From positions 34,407 to 98,406 of the forward strand of contig JAMCPL010000016.1 in NCBI GenBank assembly GCA_023379675.1: a stretch of 64,000 nucleotides of DNA, written 5' to 3'. The translations under genes and the position numbers were made by a program. Shown in pieces: positions 59,201 through 64,000 of this stretch (the stretch's first letter is position 1; the number at the start of each line of letters is the position of its first letter). A model generated the notes under the pieces. That model was given only the letters and a program-made list of their open reading frames with translations, searched no databases and had not been told where the DNA came from. This stretch comes from Actinomycetota bacterium (GTDB lineage Bacteria; Actinomycetota; Acidimicrobiia; Acidimicrobiales; JAMCPL01).

Positions 59201-60208
59201 TCACAAGATCAGTCCCCTACCCTCCTGCGATTCGACCACGATACAGGCCAGCCTCCTGCCCTTGGATGCGGGAAGCACGTGGCAGATAGTCATATCTCCA
59301 GCCTGCAACCTGAGTGGCTCCCCCTGCTCGCGATGGAGGGGGATCACGTTGCCTGGCCGCAGCCCGAGAATTTGATCGGAACTGAGCGTGATCTCCGGAA
59401 AACTCACCGCAATGTCCACCGGGACCTCCTGGAGAACGCTCTCGACCTCCTTGCGCGAGTCTCCCTGATCCTCCGTCATCTCCTTGACCTCCAAGCGGTC
59501 CAGCGCCTCGAGAATGGGAAGCATCACATTAAGGGGGAATGTCAGGCTGAAGGCACCTGTCTGTCCCTCGCCTGCCTCCAAGGAGAAGGGAACCACCAGA
59601 CATATCTCACTCGGCTTGGCTATCTGGAGAAACATTGCACTGGCCGCCTGGGTAAGAGCGCCAACCTGGACGGGGATGACCGGTGAGAGGGATGGGCCTA
59701 TCTCGCTCAACGCCATCGCCACCACGTCACTCACGACCTTCTGCTCTATCTCGGTAAGAGGCCGCGCGGGGAACTGGCCCCAGCCGTTACCTCCCAGCCG
59801 GAAGTCCACCAGCAGCATCGCCAGATCCAACGGCACATGCAGCATCACCCTGCCCCCAAGCGGTATGAGGGTTGCACTGGCCAGGAAGGTCGGCTCAGGA
59901 AGGGAGCCGGAGAACTCATCCCACCTGTACTGTTCCTGCTCACCGATCTCTATGTGTACCGGAACCCGAAGGTTGGTAGTCAGGTTGGCCGCCATCCTGT
60001 GACCGAGGGTCTCCAAGAGCGGGTAAAACCTTCTAAGGCGTGCCCTGTCGAGGGCATCCTGGTGGTGGAAGTCATAGAGACGCACCTCGCCACGGACGTT
60101 CTCGCCGTCATGCTGCCCGCCGGGAGCGCCAGGCAACCCATCGACTTCGCCACCATGGGCAACGCCCACCTGCTCTGCCGACCCAAGGACACCGGCCACC
60201 ACGGTCAA
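59201..60208 (-). CDS. fliM: Flagellar motor switch protein FliM
   Basis: VRLYDF, LGG.G.....R.LTEIE, C-terminal SpoA domain. Confidence 0.88.
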   Translation of the reverse strand: MTVVAGVLGSAEQVGVAHGGEVDGLPGAPGGQHDGENVRGEVRLYDFHHQDALDRARLRRFYPLLETLGHRMAANLTTNLRVPVHIEIGEQEQYRWDEFSGSLPEPTFLASATLIPLGGRVMLHVPLDLAMLLVDFRLGGNGWGQFPARPLTEIEQKVVSDVVAMALSEIGPSLSPVIPVQVGALTQAASAMFLQIAKPSEICLVVPFSLEAGEGQTGAFSLTFPLNVMLPILEALDRLEVKEMTEDQGDSRKEVESVLQEVPVDIAVSFPEITLSSDQILGLRPGNVIPLHREQGEPLRLQAGDMTICHVLPASKGRRLACIVVESQEGRGLIL

Positions 60209-60250
60209 CCGATCACCTCTATATCCTCACCGCATACAGCGTGGAAAGCC

Positions 60251-61570
60251 TCATGGCATGTTGATAATGGATTGCAGGTCGGTGGCAGTGGTCGTCACGA
60301 CCTTGGTATTTGCCTGGTAGTCCGTCTGGGCAATGATGAGGTCGGTGAGCTGGCTTGCCAGGTTCACATTGGACATCTCCAGGCTCCCGCCGACAAGGTT
60401 GCCCCTCCCACCACTCTGGGGGGTACCTACCAGCGGCTGGCCCGAGTTGGCGGACTGCCCGTAGGCATTGTTGCCTATCTCTGTCAAGCCCCCTGGGTTG
60501 GGGAACTCCGCGAGGGCAACCTGAGCAACCGGCATAGATCGTCCGTTGGAGAACGACCCGGTGATCACCCCATTCTGGCCTATCGTGAACGTCTGCAATA
60601 CTCCCGCCGAGTTGCCGTCCTGGCTTACTGCGGCGATGGTCTGCTGGTTGGCGTACTGGGTCACATCGTTTACAGTACCAGGAGCGGCAAAGTTCACCGT
60701 CCAGGTATCTCCGGTGGTGAAATAGTAAGGGGGACTTGGTGGCATGGTATTGACAGAGACCTGCCAACCCGTGGTGGAGTTGCCCGCAACTCCACCACCG
60801 CCCGCAATACCAGATACCTGACCTGTGGTTGGATCGAACGTGATGGTTGCCGGTGTACTGAACAGCTGGGAAGGAGTGGCCGTGCCGTTCGGCACCGTGG
60901 CCGTCATGTTCCACTCGTTCGGCGTGCCCGATACCCCCGTGTAGGTGAAGGTAACCGGTACCACATTGCCAAGAGCGTCGTAGGAATCTATGGTCGTGGT
61001 AATGGTAGGAGGAGTTCCCGTGCCATCCCAGGCCGGCAGGTTCCCCGCCATGTCCATGTGAGTGGTCTCCGAGGCCAGCATCACCTCTCCGGTCGGTATC
61101 CTGATGCTGCTCACCGGAGCGGTCGTATTGAGCGTTCCGGTATTGGTCGCCTGCCAGCCCTGTACCAGCCCGCCTTCAGGGGTAACAAGGTTACCGTTGG
61201 CATCCAGGGTGAACTGCCCCGCGCGGGTATACACCTGGGTACCACCCTGGATGATCGAGAAGTATCCCGAACCATTGATAGCTACATCAGTGGGCTGGTT
61301 GGTCTGCTCCATCGACCCTTGCGTGAGGTTATGGAGCACGGCAGCCACTCTAACCCCTGACCCTATGGCTACGGGGTTGATACCGCCGCCGATGGTAGGT
61401 CCTCCTGGAGCGCTTGCCCCTGATATCTGCTCGGCCAGCAGATCGCCGAAGACCGGCTGCTCCGACTCGTAACCGACGGTATCGACGTTTGCTATGTTGT
61501 TACCGATCACGTCCACGTAATCCTGATTGGCCGCTATGCCTGACACTGCTGCCAGTAGTGATCTTTCCAT
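60251..61570 (-). CDS. flgE: Flagellar hook protein FlgE
   Basis: RSL..AVSGI......DVIGNNIANV.T.GY, DVAI.G.GYF, YTRAG.F..D..G.LV, LEMSNV.LA......I.AQ..YQAN.KV.TT. Confidence 0.95.
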   Translation of the reverse strand: MERSLLAAVSGIAANQDYVDVIGNNIANVDTVGYESEQPVFGDLLAEQISGASAPGGPTIGGGINPVAIGSGVRVAAVLHNLTQGSMEQTNQPTDVAINGSGYFSIIQGGTQVYTRAGQFTLDANGNLVTPEGGLVQGWQATNTGTLNTTAPVSSIRIPTGEVMLASETTHMDMAGNLPAWDGTGTPPTITTTIDSYDALGNVVPVTFTYTGVSGTPNEWNMTATVPNGTATPSQLFSTPATITFDPTTGQVSGIAGGGGVAGNSTTGWQVSVNTMPPSPPYYFTTGDTWTVNFAAPGTVNDVTQYANQQTIAAVSQDGNSAGVLQTFTIGQNGVITGSFSNGRSMPVAQVALAEFPNPGGLTEIGNNAYGQSANSGQPLVGTPQSGGRGNLVGGSLEMSNVNLASQLTDLIIAQTDYQANTKVVTTTATDLQSIINMP

Positions 61571-61664
61571 TTTTATCCTTTCCTCCTCAACTTTCCTTTT
61601 CTATTTTCCATTTCTATTCGTGATTCCTGTATTGCCTTGGGTATTTTGTCCTGCATGTTCTTCA

Positions 61665-62078
61665 TTAGGTCACTTTGGTCACCGAGCTCAGCGGCACCGC
61701 AGTACCACTGACCGTCAACGTGGGCACCCCGGTACTGGACAGCTCCACAGACGATACGCTTCCCGTAAGCGTCTGCCCCGATGAAAGGCTTGCCGTGACG
61801 GTCTTTCCTATCAGGCTGGTGGCTGTGGCAGTCTGCACCGCTGACTGTTCAGCAGCCATCTCGGTTGACATCTGCTGTACCATCTCCACCTCGGAAAGTT
61901 GCGCCGTCTGGGAAATGAACTGGGTACCGCTCACCGGATTGAGCGGGTTCTGATACTTGAGCTGTGCTACCAGCAACTGCAGGAAGGAATTGCTGCTGGC
62001 AAGCTGCTGTATGGGATTGAGCGAATTGGTGGATTGGCTGCTGGATGCCACTCCACTCGTTCCTGGTATAAATGTCAT
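61665..62078 (-). CDS. flgD: Flagellar hook capping protein FlgD
   Basis: FLQLLVAQLKYQNPLNP....FISQTAQLS.VE, SLIGKTV. Confidence 0.94.
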   Translation of the reverse strand: MTFIPGTSGVASSSQSTNSLNPIQQLASSNSFLQLLVAQLKYQNPLNPVSGTQFISQTAQLSEVEMVQQMSTEMAAEQSAVQTATATSLIGKTVTASLSSGQTLTGSVSSVELSSTGVPTLTVSGTAVPLSSVTKVT

Positions 62079-62217
62079 ATCATATTACCTCCTCTGTATT
62101 ATTGTATCGTTATATAATGTATTATTATATCGTATCATTGTATTGTCATTACATCCTGTATCTTCGTGTCCTGCCCCGTTGCCCACTCTGTTACGATCCG
62201 TCATGGATGACCCAGCC

Positions 62218-63999
62218 TCATATCCTCAGGTCCACCAGCCTTGCCGCCCCCCTCGTTCCCGTGCCAGCCAGATTACCTGCCTGGACGCCGGCCAGCATGT
62301 CATTCGCACCGGCCTCAGTGGATGCCTCTGTGGATATCCGGCTCGCACCCTGGCCGGTACCGTGCCCTGTACCCTGGCCCGTACCCTGACCGGTTGCGCC
62401 TCCCCATGAAAGAGTGACCGTGGTGGATCGAGATGACCCGGAAGCAAGATGATCCTTGATGTCCTGGAGAAGCTGGGCAAGCAATTCGTGCGCCCGTGCA
62501 TTGTCGGTCTGAAAATGGACAGTCAAACCGGATGCACTAGCCTGCACCATCGCACGGATGGCACCCAAACCGGGCGGCTCCAGCCTGATAGTGACCGAGC
62601 CGGCGCCCTCGCCCGACGACTGGAGAGGGATCAGCACATCGACTATCTCGGCTGCAACCTGAGCTGGCGTGGCCCCTGGCGACACCGTAACCACCGCGTC
62701 TCCAATGTACCCAGAAGACTCCGCCAGAGAAGAAAGTAGGGCATCAAGCGCTGCTGCCGTCGATTGCACCCCCCCTTGCTCCGCACCGCCGGGCCCGCCG
62801 GTGTTTGAAAGATGGGAGCGTGACGAGGCTACGGATGTACCTGTACCTGCCCATCCCGATCCCGCGCCACCTGCGGCCGCGCCTTGCGATCCGGAACCCT
62901 CCGCACCTGCACCTTCACGACCCGCTGTCCCGTACTGACCCGTAGCGAGACCTGAGTTGGATGTCGAATTGGCCAGCGAGGCGGCTTCCTCCTGGTACAT
63001 GGTATCTTGTTGCGATAGATTTGACTTGCTCCCTGATGGAATGCCCGTGCTGGCGGCAGCTCGGGCCATAGTGGTAGACGCGTCCGAGGCGGCGGCATAG
63101 GAAGAGGAGGGGTGAGGAGAAGAGCGATCGGAAAAAGGCGCTGAAGTGCGGGGTAAAGGGGAATCGGGACGAGCGGAACCAGATGAAGATGAGTCGTGGG
63201 CAGGGGCAGAGGCGGCGGCATCGGAAGAAGGAGGGCGGGAACGGGAAGCGGGATTGGCTGATGACGATGAGTCATGGAGTGCGGATGGTTCCGGCGTTTC
63301 CGCGGAAACATCACCATGGCCAGAAGCACCCGCGGGATCACCGGCTGGCGCATGGACGGAACCACCTGCGGGGCCACTGGACGGAGACTCTGCTGTGCCA
63401 CCGGCGACAGCACGCGTGGAAGCATCGCCGGAACCACCTGCGGGGACCGGAGCACCGTCGGGTGCGTTATGGGCGGAACCACCTGCGGGGACCGGAGCAC
63501 CGTCGGGTGCGTTATGGGCGGAACCACCTGCGGGGCCGTGGCGGCCAGAAGCACCCGCAGAAGCACCCGCCGCCGAGACTCCATCCCCTACGGCCAGCCC
63601 TGCCTGCTGCTCCCTGCCTGCTGCTCCCTGCCTGCTGCTCCCTGCCTGCATCCCTTGCCCATTGCCGCCGCCCTTCCCCGCACCGCTTCCGCTACCATCT
63701 CCTGCCACCGATCCCGTCTGGCCTCCCCTGTCACCCCCATTACGAGAGTCACTACCCTTTACTATCTCCTCCTTGCTGATATTTCCCGTTACCCGTCCCA
63801 CCCCGCCGCTCTTTCCAGCGTCTCTTCCGCCACCATCTCCCTTCACTTGGTTCGGTGCATCCAGCCTGGAAGCGCCGGAAAAAGCACCATCAGCCGTTCT
63901 CTGTGCAGAACGCCCTGGCATAGGATCCTTCTGCGATGCCACAAGCTCTGGTACCGGTCTCTGTACGCCTGGTTCCGCAGCGGGGAAGTGTGCATGCAC
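62218..63999 (-). CDS. fliK: Flagellar hook-length control protein FliK (5' end runs off the window)
   Basis: Long disordered G/S/A/P-rich region with C-terminal I.LEP..LG.I.......L.V.F domain; directly upstream of flgD. Confidence 0.8.
   Translation of the reverse strand: MHAHFPAAEPGVQRPVPELVASQKDPMPGRSAQRTADGAFSGASRLDAPNQVKGDGGGRDAGKSGGVGRVTGNISKEEIVKGSDSRNGGDRGGQTGSVAGDGSGSGAGKGGGNGQGMQAGSSRQGAAGREQQAGLAVGDGVSAAGASAGASGRHGPAGGSAHNAPDGAPVPAGGSAHNAPDGAPVPAGGSGDASTRAVAGGTAESPSSGPAGGSVHAPAGDPAGASGHGDVSAETPEPSALHDSSSSANPASRSRPPSSDAAASAPAHDSSSSGSARPDSPLPRTSAPFSDRSSPHPSSSYAAASDASTTMARAAASTGIPSGSKSNLSQQDTMYQEEAASLANSTSNSGLATGQYGTAGREGAGAEGSGSQGAAAGGAGSGWAGTGTSVASSRSHLSNTGGPGGAEQGGVQSTAAALDALLSSLAESSGYIGDAVVTVSPGATPAQVAAEIVDVLIPLQSSGEGAGSVTIRLEPPGLGAIRAMVQASASGLTVHFQTDNARAHELLAQLLQDIKDHLASGSSRSTTVTLSWGGATGQGTGQGTGHGTGQGASRISTEASTEAGANDMLAGVQAGNLAGTGTRGAARLVDLRI
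63431..63535 (+). repeat. 45-bp tandem duplication inside fliK
   Basis: GAACCACCTGCGGGGACCGGAGCACCGTCGGGTGCGTTATGGGCG x2 plus a partial copy (PAGGSAHNAPDGAPV). Confidence 0.85.
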
Positions 64000-64000
64000 A

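Noticed and set aside
59837-61360. 507-aa + strand ORF
   Set aside because: Antisense shadow of flgE/fliM with no motifs; expected in GC-rich coding DNA

Overview
Moderately GC-rich bacterial chromosome segment, most consistent with a flagellated Actinomycetota, probably class Acidimicrobiia. This is inferred from the actinobacterial-type SOS boxes, DUF3040, MarP, DUF929 and the folB-folK-DUF2520/panC-panD-nadB-nadC-coaX-lysS synteny. Contents from left to right: lipoprotein, lexA with a divergent SOS-controlled LysM gene, DUF3040, rpsA, a GT-C transferase plus flavoprotein, a DUF929-VKOR pair, a CoA/NAD/folate cluster (with a PanG-PanC fusion and an apparently inverted tilS-hpt-folE-folP block lacking ftsH), a fused MNT-HEPN gene, RDD, marP and GH15. 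Next come a two-gene redox module (membrane polyferredoxin plus a ferredoxin-NfnB/GltD-flavodoxin triple fusion) beside NarL-type two-component genes, a ~2070-aa Ser/Thr-rich repeat surface protein with a Wzy_C/TPR ligase, epimerase, WecA and GT2 genes, and part of a flagellar operon (fliK to flhB plus a PilZ gene, with no motAB, fliL or flhA in their usual places). The best candidates for undescribed systems are the redox module, the putative S-layer/O-glycosylation locus and the DUF929-VKOR disulfide pair. Many housekeeping proteins also carry low-complexity loop expansions. No rRNA, tRNA, CRISPR array or transposase was recognised. All family calls come from motif recognition by eye, not database searches.
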